Assembly: GCA_950097015.1 (NCBI GenBank)
Contig: CATNEN010000002.1
Span: forward strand, 4,030,001 to 4,094,000
Origin: Macrostomum hystrix
Lineage: Eukaryota > Animalia > Platyhelminthes
DNA: 64,000 nt
Reading direction: 5' to 3'
The notes under the pieces are model-generated. The model was not told the DNA's origin. It saw only the letters and a list, made by a program, of their open reading frames with translations, and searched no databases. This document shows, piece after piece, positions 36,501 to 46,800 of this stretch. The translations under genes and the position numbers were made by a program. The stretch's first letter is position 1, and each line of letters opens with the position of its first letter.

Positions 36501-38160
36501 GGTGCGCAAATGGGCCGCCTACACCGCAGTTGTTCTAGCCGCCAACACCAGCGACTCAGCCGGCGGCATGGGTGTTGAAGTTGGCCAGCAGTCCGGCAGT
36601 CCCGAGATGGCTCGGGTGGCCAGTCAGCTGACCAGGCTGGAGGCCGAGCTGGCCGACGTCCTGCGCAGGTTAAGGGCGGTGAGACGCGAGCTGGCGCTGC
36701 GTGAAGCGTCCTACGAGGTAAGAAATTTTTCAGAATCCAAAAACTTGTCCATAATTTTTTTATTTAAATTCACTAGTTGCCTACTAGCGAGTAGTAAGAT
36801 AAAGATATTGCTCAATTTCGTGCAGCAATTCATGAACCTCTTGTACCGCAGCACTCATTGTTGAGTATTTTCACCTTTCTTTCGATTACGTGGAATTAGT
36901 AAAACCTATAAGCCATCCTATTTTACTCTCGCTTTTCGTCTATTTTGTGTTGGCCTATCTACCCGCACATTGAATTGCACCGAGCCTTTCTGTGTGTGTG
37001 TGACTTTGTCTAGCCTATTAACTTACCTTTTCTACCTATTCCTACTTATTTCGTTTCAATCTTAATTTCTTTTTGTAGCCACTTGATTCTGTTGACGCTG
37101 ACCCAGTGCCTGTAGAAGCTGATCATGATGCAGATTATTTTACCGATCAAGAGCCGCTTGGAGCACGATCCGCCGCTGTTGCCGCCGCCGCCGCTGCCGC
37201 TAAGTATGATAAAAATTCTGCATTGGCTGTCAATTTTTGCGTCTATAAATCAATCAAAGTCTATTTTGCCGTCAATGTTGTTGATTAGCACACTGTAATT
37301 GTTACTCAAAGCTTGCCGCGCATGAATAAAGCCAAACTGAGCCATCGCCTCTAAAAACCCACCACCGAAAACTCTTCACACTTCTAGGATTGTCCTTAAA
37401 ATTTCGTCAGACTAAGCCTGCACCCCTAAAATCCACCACCCCAAACTCTTCACACCTCTATACTGTCCTTAAAATTTAGTCAGACTAAGCCAGCACTCTA
37501 AAACCCACCACCCCAAACTCTTCACACCTCTATACTGTCCTTAAAATTTAGTCAGACAAGCCTGCACCCTGAAAAACCCACTACCCCAAACTCTTCACAC
37601 CTCTAGGACCGTCCTTAAAATTTAGCCAGACTAAGCCTGCACTCTAAAAGCCCACCACCCCAAACTCTTCACACCTCTAGGACCGTCCTTAAAATTTAGC
37701 CAGACTAAGCCAGCACTCTAAAAGCCCACCACCCCAAACTCTTCACACCTCTAGGACCGTCCTTAAAATTTAGCCAGACTAAGCCAGCACTCTAAAAGCC
37801 CACCACCCCAAACTCTTCACACCTCTAGGACCGTCCTTAAAATTTAGCCAGACTAAGCCTGCACCCCTAAAAACCCACCACCCCAAACTCTTCACACCTC
37901 TAGGACCGTCCTTAAAATCGTTGTTTTACTCTTTCAGATCGCGGGTCGCGTTGTCTAGCCTCGGCGCCCACCAGGCCACGCCTCGTCGTCGTGGCAGCCT
38001 GTTGAACACCCTGTACCGCGGCATGCTGCTCAGCCTACCAATTGAAGCATTCTTCCTACTTCTATGCGGTATCGGCTACCTGTTAAAGCCTGGCTGCGAG
38101 AGTGACTGTTCAGAGTGGCCCAGCCTATTCAGTGTAAAATCGCAGGGTCTGCCCTATTAA
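3080..38160 (+). CDS. SYNE1: Giant nesprin (SYNE1/Msp300/ANC-1 family) spectrin-repeat KASH protein; 26-exon spliced model, about 5,490 aa in window, 5' end uncertain
   Basis: All 25 introns are GT-AG and keep the frame (22 phase 0, 3 phase 2). Many spectrin-repeat Trp motifs (LRDWLAGFETRL, MQSWLADTEDRL, LMEWLAGMEGKI). Segment AGIQAVINLCELL...CPTEQER...LEQRWRRICQRAVERRLEIEDTWRCW closely matches the recalled C-terminal repeats of vertebrate nesprin-1. Ends in a TM helix plus a short Cys/Pro luminal tail. Confidence 0.9.
3868..3912 (+). CDS. SYNE1: nesprin 45-nt exon (SSNPAISQDLANETE)
   Basis: ttcattctatag acceptor, GAG|gtaagc donor, phase 0-0. Confidence 0.7.
4237..4601 (-). mobile_element. 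tRNA-derived SINE, family A, near full length
   Basis: Minus strand: head GGGGTCGGTGGCAGAGCGG..AAGTTCGATTCC (A and B boxes), about 280-nt body, (ATT)n tail; three more copies in the window. Confidence 0.75.
4856..4869. promoter_or_regulatory. RFX X-box
   Basis: GTCGCCATGGCAAC fits GTNRCC-N2-RGYAAC. Confidence 0.5.
5171..5304 (+). CDS. SYNE1: nesprin exon (QLQSAELKL...KQFV)
   Basis: ttctaaacag acceptor (NAGNAG), GA|gtaagt donor, phase 2 matches the next exon. Confidence 0.8.
5878..12196 (+). CDS. SYNE1: nesprin giant exon (6,319 nt), mostly S/A/P/E/K low-complexity repeats
   Basis: taattaaccag acceptor, open frame through ORF 5996..12295, CAG|gtacgt donor at 12197. Confidence 0.85.
12915..14024 (+). 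CDS. SYNE1: nesprin exon encoding a non-spectrin, beta-rich FHA/cupin-like insert
   Basis: ctcactctag acceptor, AAG|gtaatt donor, 370 codons, phase 0-0. Confidence 0.8.
14956..15804 (+). CDS. SYNE1: nesprin exon (spectrin repeats)
   Basis: atccgcag acceptor, AGC|gtaagt donor. Confidence 0.85.
16385..16582 (+). CDS. SYNE1: nesprin exon
   Basis: aatttgcag acceptor, GGG|gtaagt donor. Confidence 0.8.
17591..17863 (+). CDS. SYNE1: nesprin exon
   Basis: ttgtttcag acceptor, GAC|gtaagt donor. Confidence 0.8.
18371..18704. repeat. 45-bp minisatellite TTGGTTAACTCCAGCCCTAGAATCAGCCACCTCACACACCTGTGC
   Basis: About 7 copies. Confidence 0.9.
18731..19054 (+). CDS. SYNE1: nesprin exon
   Basis: atcgcgcag acceptor, CAG|gtaaga donor; translation IILEELSRIREQ...QMRDSQ. 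Confidence 0.85.
19097..19245 (+). mobile_element. Second tRNA-derived SINE fragment (degenerate tRNA-CAT-like head plus GGCAAGACACTTA motif)
   Basis: GGGGTTGTAGCCTAG...CTCATGA...GGGGGTTCGATTCCCGACTCCA with broken anticodon and T stems, followed by a motif typical of CORE/V/Meta-type SINE bodies. Confidence 0.55.
19438..19809 (+). CDS. SYNE1: nesprin exon (spectrin repeat)
   Basis: ttctccccag acceptor, CAG|gtgggt donor. Confidence 0.85.
19909..20254 (+). mobile_element. tRNA-derived SINE, family A (head partly deleted)
   Basis: Homologous to 4237-4601 in the opposite orientation; B box AAGTTCGATTCC; long (ATT)n tail. Confidence 0.75.
20262..20471 (+). CDS. SYNE1: nesprin exon
   Basis: ttactttcag acceptor, CGG|gtgagc donor. 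Confidence 0.85.
20569..21282 (+). CDS. SYNE1: nesprin exon
   Basis: ccgccgcag acceptor (alternative in-frame AG 6 nt downstream), CAA|gtgagt donor. Confidence 0.8.
21301..21528. repeat. 33-bp minisatellite GAGTGACAGACTGGTTGCTGGGGTGTCTTGATG
   Basis: About 7 copies. Confidence 0.9.
21666..22175 (+). CDS. SYNE1: nesprin exon
   Basis: tcacctcag acceptor, CAG|gtgagt donor. Confidence 0.85.
22207..22350. repeat. About 21-bp degenerate repeat GACCCCTCCCTGGGGTCGTTT
   Basis: About 7 copies. Confidence 0.8.
22406..23098 (+). CDS. SYNE1: nesprin exon
   Basis: catcgcag acceptor, GAG|gtgagg donor. Confidence 0.85.
23173..29052. repeat. 30-bp satellite TAGGATTCTAAATCCAGAAGTCCCAAACAC
   Basis: About 196 nearly identical copies filling a 5.97-kb intron. 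Confidence 0.98.
29072..29413 (+). CDS. SYNE1: nesprin exon
   Basis: cattctccag acceptor, CAG|gtcggc donor (weak). Confidence 0.8.
29444..29980. repeat. 21-bp minisatellite TTCAACATCCGCCCTCTACCA
   Basis: About 25 degenerate copies. Confidence 0.9.
30033..30473 (+). CDS. SYNE1: nesprin exon (ETFLDKLTEW...VASVQK)
   Basis: ctgctgcag acceptor, AAG|gtttgt donor. Confidence 0.8.
30684..31034 (+). CDS. SYNE1: nesprin exon
   Basis: ctaatttag acceptor, AGG|gtgagt donor. Confidence 0.8.
31385..31408 (+). CDS. SYNE1: nesprin 24-nt microexon (KEFLDQLY)
   Basis: tttcccttctcag acceptor, TAC|gtgagt donor, phase 0-0. Confidence 0.7.
31872..32089 (+). CDS. SYNE1: nesprin exon
   Basis: ctttacag acceptor, AG|gttcgc phase-2 donor. 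Confidence 0.8.
32170..32266 (+). CDS. SYNE1: nesprin exon (YDRLMEWLAGMEGKI...)
   Basis: gtgtcgcag acceptor completes the Arg codon; AGC|gtgagt donor. Confidence 0.85.
32457..32645 (-). mobile_element. SINE family A, internally deleted copy
   Basis: Head and tail match 4237-4601; centre missing. Confidence 0.7.
32894..33223 (+). CDS. SYNE1: nesprin exon
   Basis: caccacag acceptor, CAG|gtctgg donor; strong recalled similarity to nesprin-1. Confidence 0.85.
33235..33540. repeat. 41-bp minisatellite GCAGTGTGCTCAAAGTCAAGATAGTTTGAGCAGTTAGGATT
   Basis: About 7.5 copies; each has an 8-bp inverted repeat TGCTCAAA/TTTGAGCA. Confidence 0.92.
33566..34252 (+). CDS. SYNE1: nesprin exon (most conserved spectrin repeat)
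   Basis: actccgcag acceptor, AAG|gtagtt donor. Confidence 0.9.
34487..34930 (+). CDS. SYNE1: nesprin exon (region equivalent to the adaptive domain)
   Basis: ttctgcag acceptor, TAT|gtgagc donor. Confidence 0.85.
35776..36717 (+). CDS. SYNE1: nesprin exon (last spectrin repeats)
   Basis: atccag acceptor, GAG|gtaaga donor; spliced DTY-ARLFTAC..IDRVRELERRL matches recalled nesprin-1 Y-MKLLGEC..IDSVKRLEHKL. Confidence 0.85.
37079..37203 (+). CDS. SYNE1: nesprin penultimate exon
   Basis: ttctttttgtag acceptor, AA|gtatga phase-2 donor. Confidence 0.8.
37345..37918. repeat. 74-bp minisatellite in the last nesprin intron
   Basis: GACCGTCCTT recurs at 37681 and 37755; about 8 copies. Confidence 0.92.
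37938..38160 (+). CDS. SYNE1: nesprin terminal exon: transmembrane helix plus divergent KASH peptide
   Basis: tactctttcag acceptor; RRRGS...LYRGMLLSLPIEAFFLLLCGIGYLLKPGCESDCSEWPSLFSVKSQGLPY*. Confidence 0.85.
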
Positions 38161-38929
38161 ACTGTTTGTTATTCTGGCTAGCTTAGTTCACAATTTAGTG
38201 CGTCGAAAATTGAATTTGAATTGAATCTATTGAATATTCCGCTAATTCGTTTAAAAAAACGATTTTTGAAGCTCTGAATCGTTAATTTTAACAAAGCTAG
38301 CTAGACATCAAACAAAATTATTTCACTTAATCATTTGTTCCTCATTTTCAAATGACCATTGTGACATTTGCGGCCAAATTGCGTTAAAAACTTTTGTTTA
38401 AATCCGCTAATCTCCATGCAGCATTGTGTTTTTTTGTAATATTTTTGTTCGAGATAGAATCAATTCCATTCTCAGAGAATCCGGCGCAGGGGTGACTAAC
38501 TGCTCAAAACTAACCCCAACCCGTGTTCTCAACTAACACCTGCATTAATTATAAATATTGTGCTTTAGAAATTAATCAACTTTTATCTTATTAGGTCGTA
38601 TTTTTCCTATTCATTGGCACCTAAAATTGTAGCGTTTGTCCACCTGTTGCTGTTGTATTTCATGTACAGGCTGAGCCTGTTGTTACGCTCTGCTCCTGTT
38701 TTGACTTTGTTTTTAAACTCATAGAAAGGGGAAACTGTTTTCACTTTTTGTACTGAAAGTTTCTTCTAAATTATTTCTAGAAATTTCTCCGCTCATGCTC
38801 GCTATTGCCTACTTGTAAGTAGCTCTAACTGAATGAAGTGAAGGCCCGGCTAACCTCTGTCGCCTTGTTCAGTTCTGAATTCTCTTCCATCCATTTTCCA
38901 GCCATTTCTTTGAATGTAGCAAATTTTAA

Positions 38930-38935
38930 AATAAA
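38930..38935 (+). terminator. Candidate polyadenylation signal of the nesprin
   Basis: AATAAA about 770 nt after the stop, in AT-rich sequence. Confidence 0.35.
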
Positions 38936-39139
38936 TCAACGCAAGAATATAATCAGAGGACAATTTATCATTTAACTTGCTGCTACAAAACATTATCAAT
39001 ACTGCACTTTAGGGCTGCATTTCTTTATTTGTTTTTACATTTTATTGAAATGAGTATGACACTGGAGGATTAGTGAGTCGGAGACTAAAGGATTGGGGAT
39101 CAGGAGACTGAAGGATTGGGGATCAGGAGACTGATGGAT

Positions 39140-39828
39140 TGGAGTTTCTCTGGGTTTGAGCAGTTTTGCTGGGTTTGAGCAGTTTCGCTGGGTTTGACCA
39201 GTTTCTCTGGGTTTGGAGCAGTTTCTCTGGGCTTGAGCAGTTCTTTGGGTTGAGCAGTTTCGCTGGGTTTGAGCAGTTTCTTTGGGTTTGAGCAGTTCTC
39301 TGGGTTTGGAGCAGTTTCTCTGGGTTTGGAGCAGTTTCTCTGGGTTTGAGCAGTTCTTTGGGTTGAGCAGTTTCGCTGGGTTTGAGCAGTTTCTTTGGGT
39401 TTGAGCAGTTCTCTGGGTTTGGAGCAGTTTCTCTGGGTTTGAGCAGTTTCTCTGGGTTTGAGCAGTTTCTCTGAGTTTGAGCAGTTTCTTTGGGTTTGAG
39501 CAGTTTCGCTGGGTTTGAGCAGTTTCTCTGAGTTTGAGCAGTTTCTCTGAGTTTGAGCAGTTTCTCTGGGTTTGAGCAGTTTCTCTGGGTTTGAGCAGTT
39601 TCTCTGGGTTTGAGCAGTTTCTCTGGGTTAGAGCAGTTTCTCTGAGTTTGAGCAGTTTCTCTGAGTTTGAGCAGTTTCTCTGGGTTAGAGCAGTTTCTCT
39701 GAGTTTGAGCAGTTTCTCTGAGTTTGAGCAGTTTCTCTGAGTTTGAGCAGTTTCGCTGGGTTTGAGCAGTTTTTCTGGGTTTGAGCAGTTTCTCTGGGTT
39801 TGAGCAGTTTCTCTGGGTTTGAGCAGTT
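39140..39828. repeat. 19-bp intergenic minisatellite GAGCAGTTTCTCTGGGTTT
   Basis: About 36 copies. Confidence 0.93.
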
Positions 39829-40513
39829 GGCTTCGGTTTGAGTAGTTTGCCTATTTTTGCCACATGTGAGCAGTTAGGTGCTATGGTTCACTTATTTTTG
39901 TGAAGCATATGCTGGATTCCACGTTGAATAGTTTTCACTAACCGTGACTTCTCACTGCTGCCAGCCGTTGGTCACATTGCTTTGCTCTGAAATTGCCTAC
40001 GTTGATATATCGATTTTCACCTTTTACAGTACGGCCCTACTCTACCTCCTCCTGGTTACTCCTTTGTACACCTCATTGCCTGCAAGCATTGTAATCCCCA
40101 TTCTCTCTCCTTCCTAACCCAGGAGTCTCCCTGAGCAGGACTACTCAACGCTGAAAATAACTAATCTGTTGGCTGCCAGTGAAAATGGACAGTACGCTCG
40201 TCGTATCTATGCGCATAGTAACCCTAACTCAATTATCTTATTGGCTTTGATAACTCTATAACTAACTTAATCAATTCCCGGCAACCCGAATCCCATGCAC
40301 TGTCTTTCCCGTTTTGAATTTGGGAACAAAATAAAACAAAAAAGCATGTCAGCGTAGAGTTACTGACACCGGCCTTCCCCGAGCTTCTGCTCAGGGAAGG
40401 CTTGAATTTGTATGCCACGCATTCAGCTGGGACTAAATCAGGACTAAATCAGGGTTGGGAGAACTCTTCTAGAGGGGATCAACTGGGATTCACGGTGCCT
40501 CATTTTTCCGAAG

Positions 40514-40620
40514 CCAATCGTTTCGCCAGCCAATGGCCGCGCTCCCAACGGACCTGCCAGCCACCCCACTCCACGAGAGCAAAGTTCCTGTTGACTTAAC
40601 TGTCAGTGTGGCCCTATTAA
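40514..40620 (+). promoter_or_regulatory. Candidate core promoter of the calbindin-like gene
   Basis: CCAAT at 40514 and 40530, TATTAA at 40615, ATG at 40705. Confidence 0.4.
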
Positions 40621-40704
40621 TCCCATACTGAAATTCAAGAGGCCTGACTCCGCGAGCTTTCATCCAGACCCTTCAAGACTAACAGGAATCTCCCGCCAGC
40701 AACA

Positions 40705-40822
40705 ATGAGCAGCTGCAAGAAGTCTAACTTTCTCAGTCAGTTCCGCGACCACAGCACCAAGAAGCTCAAGAACTTCACCGCCACCCAGTTCGCCGAGGTG
40801 TGGAGCCACTATGACCAGGACG
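40705..40822 (+). CDS. Cbp53E: calbindin-like exon 1
   Basis: acaATG start, G|gtgagc phase-1 donor. Confidence 0.9.
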
Positions 40823-43800
40823 GTGAGCTCTGCTAGATATCTCCCTCACACCGTCTGTCTACCTCACACCGCCTGTCTACCTCACACTGCCTGTCTACCT
40901 CACACCGTCTGTCTACCTCACACCGTCTGTCTACCTCACACCGTCTGTCTACCTTTCACCGTCTGTCTACCTTTCACCGTCTCTCTGCCTCTCACCGTCT
41001 GTCTACCTCTCACCGTCTGTCTACCTCACACCGTCTGTCTACCTCACACCGACTGTCTACCTCACACCGTCTGTCTAACTCACACCGTCTGTCTAACTCA
41101 CACCATCTGTCTACCTCACACCGTCTGTCTACCTCACACCGTCTGTCTACCTCACACTGCCTGTCTACCTCACACCGTCTGTCTACCTCACACCGTCTGT
41201 CTACCTTTCACTGTCTCTCTGCCTCTCACCGTCTGTCTACCTCACACCGTCTGTCTACCTCACACCGTCTGTCTAACTCACACCGTCTGTCTAACTCACA
41301 CCATCTGTCTACCTCTCAGCGTCTGTCTGTCTACCTCTCACCGTCTGTCTACCTCTCAGTGTCTGTCTGTCTACCTCACACCGTCGGTCTACCTCACAAT
41401 CTGTCTACCTCACACCGTCTGTCTACCTCACACCGTCTGTCTGTCTACCTCACACCGTCTGTCTACCTCACACTGCCTGTCTACCTCACACCGTCTGTCT
41501 ACCTTTCACCGTCTCTCTGCCTCTCACCGTCTGTCTACCTCACACCGTCTGTCTACCCCACACCGCCTGTCTACCTCTCAGCGTCTGTCTGTCTACCTCT
41601 CACTACCAATTTATTTGCCTGAAGAAGTATCCATCAATCCTTTTTAATTATTTCACTTTTTCCTTGCCTCTTCCTTCTCTGTCGAAGGCTCTTATAAAAA
41701 GGCAGCTTTAAAGTTTCACGGACAGGCTTCTGAACTGTTATTTTTCAAGAACTTCGTTATTGAAGCATGGCTTAACAGACAGGACAGGGCAGGTGCAATT
41801 CTAAAAAGTTTCCTATGCACAGATCTGCTTTCAGATCGACAAATTTTCAGCGCAGAATCAGCAATAATTCTCTTCGTTGTCACGCGATGGCTGACATTTG
41901 CGATCGGGAACCTCATCTTCGCTCGGGTCAGCAGCTGCCGTAATGTCACGGTTGTCATGGAGACGGCATAGCCTGGTGTGGCAGGATGGAGGGCTGTAGG
42001 AGGGCATTCAAAAGTGGTTTTTCAAAGCCGCAGCTACCTGTGGTATCTGGCTATATTTTCACACGGATGCCTGCTGAGCAACTGCTGCAATCTGCAAACA
42101 TGGGATCGGGTGGATGGCCGACCCCACCGCCACCGCCTCTTGCTTGATAGCCGAGCTGCGTAATTGAATTTATTTCCGTTGCCAGCTGAAAATGTCTGCG
42201 CAGGGGGGGTGCGACGAGATTTCAGAACTCGTAGGTTTTTTTAAAGTTGCCAAGGCTCGCCAGCTTTAGCAGCGGCTGATAGTCTTTGCGAGGGGAGAGA
42301 AGGGAGACAGATGGGAGAGAAGGGAGACAGATGGGAGAGAAGGGAGACAGATGGGAGAGAAGGGAGACAGATGGGAGAGAAGGGAGACAGATGGGAGAGA
42401 AGGGAGACAGATGGGAGAGAAGGGAGACAGATGGGAGAGAAGGGAGACAGATGGGAGAGAAGGGAGACAGATGGGAGAGAAGGGAGACAGATGGGAGAGA
42501 AGGGAGACAGATGGGAGAGAAGGGAGACAGATGGGAGAGAAGGGAGACAGATGGGAGAGAAGGGAGACAGATGGGAGAGAAGGGAGACAGATGGGAGAGA
42601 AGGGAGACAGATGGGAGAGAAGGGAGACAGATGGGAGAGAAGGGAGACAGATGGGAGAGAAGGGAGACAGATGGGAGAGAAGGGAGACAGATGGGAGAGA
42701 AGGGAGACAGATGGGAGAGAAGGGAGACAGATGGGAGAGAAGGGAGACAGATGGGAGAGAAGGGAGACAGATGGGAGAGAAGGGAGACAGATGGGAGAGA
42801 AGGGAGACAGATGGGAGAGAAGGGAGACAGATGGGAGAGAAGGGAGACAGATGGGAGAGAAGGGAGACAGATGGGAGAGAAGGGAGACAGATGGGAGAGA
42901 AGGGAGACAGAGAAGGGGAGAGAAGGGAGACAGATGGGAGAGAAGGGAGACAGAGAAGGGGAGAGAAGGGAGACAGATGGGAGAGAAGGGAGACAGATGG
43001 GAGAGAAGGGAGACAGATGGGAGAGAAGGGAGACAGATGGGAGAGAAGGGAGACAGATGGGAGAGAAGGGAGACAGATGGGAGAGAAGGGAGACAGATGG
43101 GAGAGAAGGGAGACAGATGGGAGAGAAGGGAGACAGATGGGAGAGAAGGGAGACAGATGGGAGAGAAGGGAGACAGATGGGAGAGAAGGGAGACAGATGG
43201 GAGAGAAGGGAGACAGAGAAGGGGAGAGAAGGGAGACAGATGGGAGAGAAGGGAGACAGAGAAGGGGAGAGAAGGGAGACAGATGGGAGAGAAGGGAGAC
43301 AGATGGGAGAGAAGGGAGACAGATGGGAGAGAAGGGAGACAGATGGGAGAGAAGGGAGACAGATGGGAGAGAAGGGAGACAGATGGGAGAGAAGGGAGAC
43401 AGATGGGAGAGAAGGGAGACAGATGGGAGAGAAGGGAGACAGATGGGAGAGAAGGGAGACAGAGAAGGGGAGAGAAGGGAGACAGATGGGAGAGAAGGGA
43501 GACAGAGAAGGGGAGAGAAGGGAGACAGATGGGAGAGAAGGGAGACAGAGAAGGGGAGAGAAGGGAGACAGATGGGAGAGAAGGGAGACAGAGAAGGGGA
43601 GAGAAGGGAGACAGATGGGAGAGAAGGAGACAGATGGGAGAGAAGGAGACAGATGGGAGAGAAGGGAGAAAAAGAAGGGGAGAGAAGGGAGAAAAAGAAG
43701 GGGAGAGAAGGAAGACAAATGGGAGAGAAGGGAGAAAAATAAGGGGAGAGAAGGGAGACAAAGAAGGGGAGAGAAGGGAGAAAAAGAAGGGGAGAGAAGG

Positions 43801-46800
43801 GAGACAAAGAAGGGGAGAGAAGGGAGACAAAGAAGGGGAGAGAAGGGAGACAGATGGGAGAGAAGGGAGACAGAGAAGGGGAGAGCTAGGGAGACAAAGA
43901 AGGGGAGAGAAGGAGACAGATGGGAGAGAAGGGAGACAGAGAAGGGGAGAGAAGGGAGACAGATGGGAGAGAAGGGAGACAAAGAAGGGGAGAGAAGGGA
44001 GACAAAGAAGGGGAGAGAAGGGAGACAGATGGGAGAGAAGGGAGACAGAGAAGGAGAGAGCTAGGGAGACAAAGAAGGGGAGAGAAGGGAGACAGATGGG
44101 GAGAGAAGGGAGACAGAGAAGGGGAGAGAAGGGAGACAGATGGGAGAGAAGGGAGACAGATGGGAGAGAAGGGAGACAGATGGGAGAGAAGGGAGACAGA
44201 TGGGAGAGAAGGGAGACAGATGGGAGAGAAGGGAGACAGATGGGAGAGAAGGGAGACAGATGGGAGAGAAGGGAGACAGATGGGAGAGAAGGGAGACAGA
44301 TGGGAGAGAAGGGAGACAGATGGGAGAGAAGGGAGACAGATGGGAGAGAAGGGAGACAGATGGGAGAGAAGGGAGACAGAGAAGGGGAGAGAAGGGAGAC
44401 AGATGGGAGAGAAGGGAGACAGAGAAGGGGAGAGAAGGGAGACAGATGGGAGAGAAGGGAGACAGATGGGAGAGAAGGGAGACAGATGGGAGAGAAGGGA
44501 GACAGATGGGAGAGAAGGGAGACAGAGAAGGGGAGAGAAGGGAGACAGATGGGAGAGAAGGGAGACAGAGAAGGGGAGAGAAGGGAGACAGATGGGAGAG
44601 AAGGGAGACAGATGGGAGAGAAGGGAGACAGATGGGAGAGAAGGGAGACAGATGGGAGAGAAGGGAGACAGATGGGAGAGAAGGGAGACAGATGGGAGAG
44701 AAGGGAGACAGATGGGAGAGAAGGGAGACAGATGGGAGAGAAGGGAGACAGATGGGAGAGAAGGGAGACAGATGGGAGAGAAGGGAGACAGATGGGAGAG
44801 AAGGGAGACAGATGGGAGAGAAGGGAGACAGAGAAGGGGAGAGAAGGGAGACAGATGGGAGAGAAGGGAGACAGAGAAGGGGAGAGAAGGGAGACAGATG
44901 GGAGAGAAGGGAGACAGATGGGAGAGAAGGGAGACAGATGGGAGAGAAGGGAGACAGATGGGAGAGAAGGGAGACAGATGGGAGAGAAGGGAGACAGATG
45001 GGAGAGAAGGGAGACAGATGGGAGAGAAGGGAGACAGATGGGAGAGAAGGGAGACAGATGGGAGAGAAGGGAGACAGAGAAGGGGAGAGAAGGGAGACAG
45101 ATGGGAGAGAAGGGAGACAGAGAAGGGGAGAGAAGGGAGACAGATGGGAGAGAAGGGAGACAGAGAAGGGGAGAGAAGGGAGACAGATGGGAGAGAAGGG
45201 AGACAGAGAAGGGGAGAGAAGGGAGACAGATGGGAGAGAAGGAGACAGATGGGAGAGAAGGAGACAGATGGGAGAGAAGGGAGAAAAAGAAGGGGAGAGA
45301 AGGGAGAAAAAGAAGGGGAGAGAAGGAAGACAAATGGGAGAGAAGGGAGAAAAATAAGGGGAGAGAAGGGAGACAAAGAAGGGGAGAGAAGGGAGAAAAA
45401 GAAGGGGAGAGAAGGGAGACAAAGAAGGGGAGAGAAGGGAGACAAAGAAGGGGAGAGAAGGGAGACAGATGGGAGAGAAGGGAGACAGAGAAGGGGAGAG
45501 CTAGGGAGACAAAGAAGGGGAGAGAAGGAGACAGATGGGAGAGAAGGGAGACAGAGAAGGGGAGAGAAGGGAGACAGATGGGAGAGAAGGGAGACAAAGA
45601 AGGGGAGAGAAGGGAGACAAAGAAGGGGAGAGAAGGGAGACAGATGGGAGAGAAGGGAGACAGAGAAGGAGAGAGCTAGGGAGACAAAGAAGGGGAGAGA
45701 AGGGAGACAGATGGGGAGAGAAGGGAGACAGAGAAGGGGAGAGAAGGGAGACAGATGGGAGAGAAGGGAGACAGAGAAGGGGAGAGCTAGGGAGACAGAG
45801 AAGGGGAGAGCTAGGGAGTCAGAGAAGGGGAGAGAAGGGAGACAGAGAAGGGGAGAGCTAGGGAGATAGAGAAGGGGAGAGCTAGGGAGTCAGAGAAGGG
45901 GAGAGCTAGGGAGTCAGAGAAGGGGAGAGAACGGAGACAGAGAAGGGGAGAGCTAGGGAGTCAGGAAGGGGAGAGCTAGGGAGTCAGGAAGGGGAGAGCT
46001 AGGGAGTCAGGAAGGGGAGAGCTAGGGAGTCAGGAAGGGGAGAGCTAGGGAGTCAGGAAGGGGAGAGCTAGGGAGACAAAGAAGGGGAGAGAAGGGAGAC
46101 AGAGAAGGGGAGAGAAGGGAGACAGATGGGAGAGAAGGGAGACAGATGGGAGAGAAGGGAGAAAAAGAAGGGGAGAGAAGGGAGAAAAAGAAGGGGAGAG
46201 AAGGAAGACAGATGGGAGAGAAGGGAGAAAAATAAGGGGAGAGAAGGGAGACAAAGAAGGGGAGAGAAGGGAGAAAAAGAAGGGGAGAGAAGGGAGACAA
46301 AGAAGGGGAGAGAAGGGAGACAAAGAAGGGGAGAGAAGGGAGACAGATGTGAGAGAAGGGAGACAGAGAAGGGGAGAGCTAGGGAGACAGAGAAGGGGAG
46401 AGAAGGAGACAGATGGGAGAGAAGGGAGACAGAGAAGGGGAGAGAAGGGAGACAGATGGGAGAGAAGGGAGACAAAGAAGGGGAGAGAAGGGAGACAAAG
46501 AAGGGGAGAGAAGGGAGACAGATGGGAGAGAAGGGAGACAGAGAAGGGGAGAGCTAGGGAGACAAAGAAGGGGAGAGAAGGGAGACAGATGGGGAGAGAA
46601 GGGAGACAGAGAAGGGGAGAGAAGGGAGACAGATGTGAGAGAAGGGAGACAGAGAAGGGGAGAGCTAGGGAGACAGAGAAGGGGAGAGCTAGGGAGTCAG
46701 AGAAGGGGAGAGAAGGGAGACAGAGAAGGGGAGAGCTAGGGAGATAGAGAAGGGGAGAGCTAGGGAGTCAGAGAAGGGGAGAGCTAGGGAGTCAGAGAAG

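Noticed and set aside
42222-46747. Many long ORFs ([19 protein letters not shown] and [12 protein letters not shown] types)
   Set aside because: A 20-bp unit cycling through all frames without stops; open in nearly every frame on both strands, so not evidence of coding
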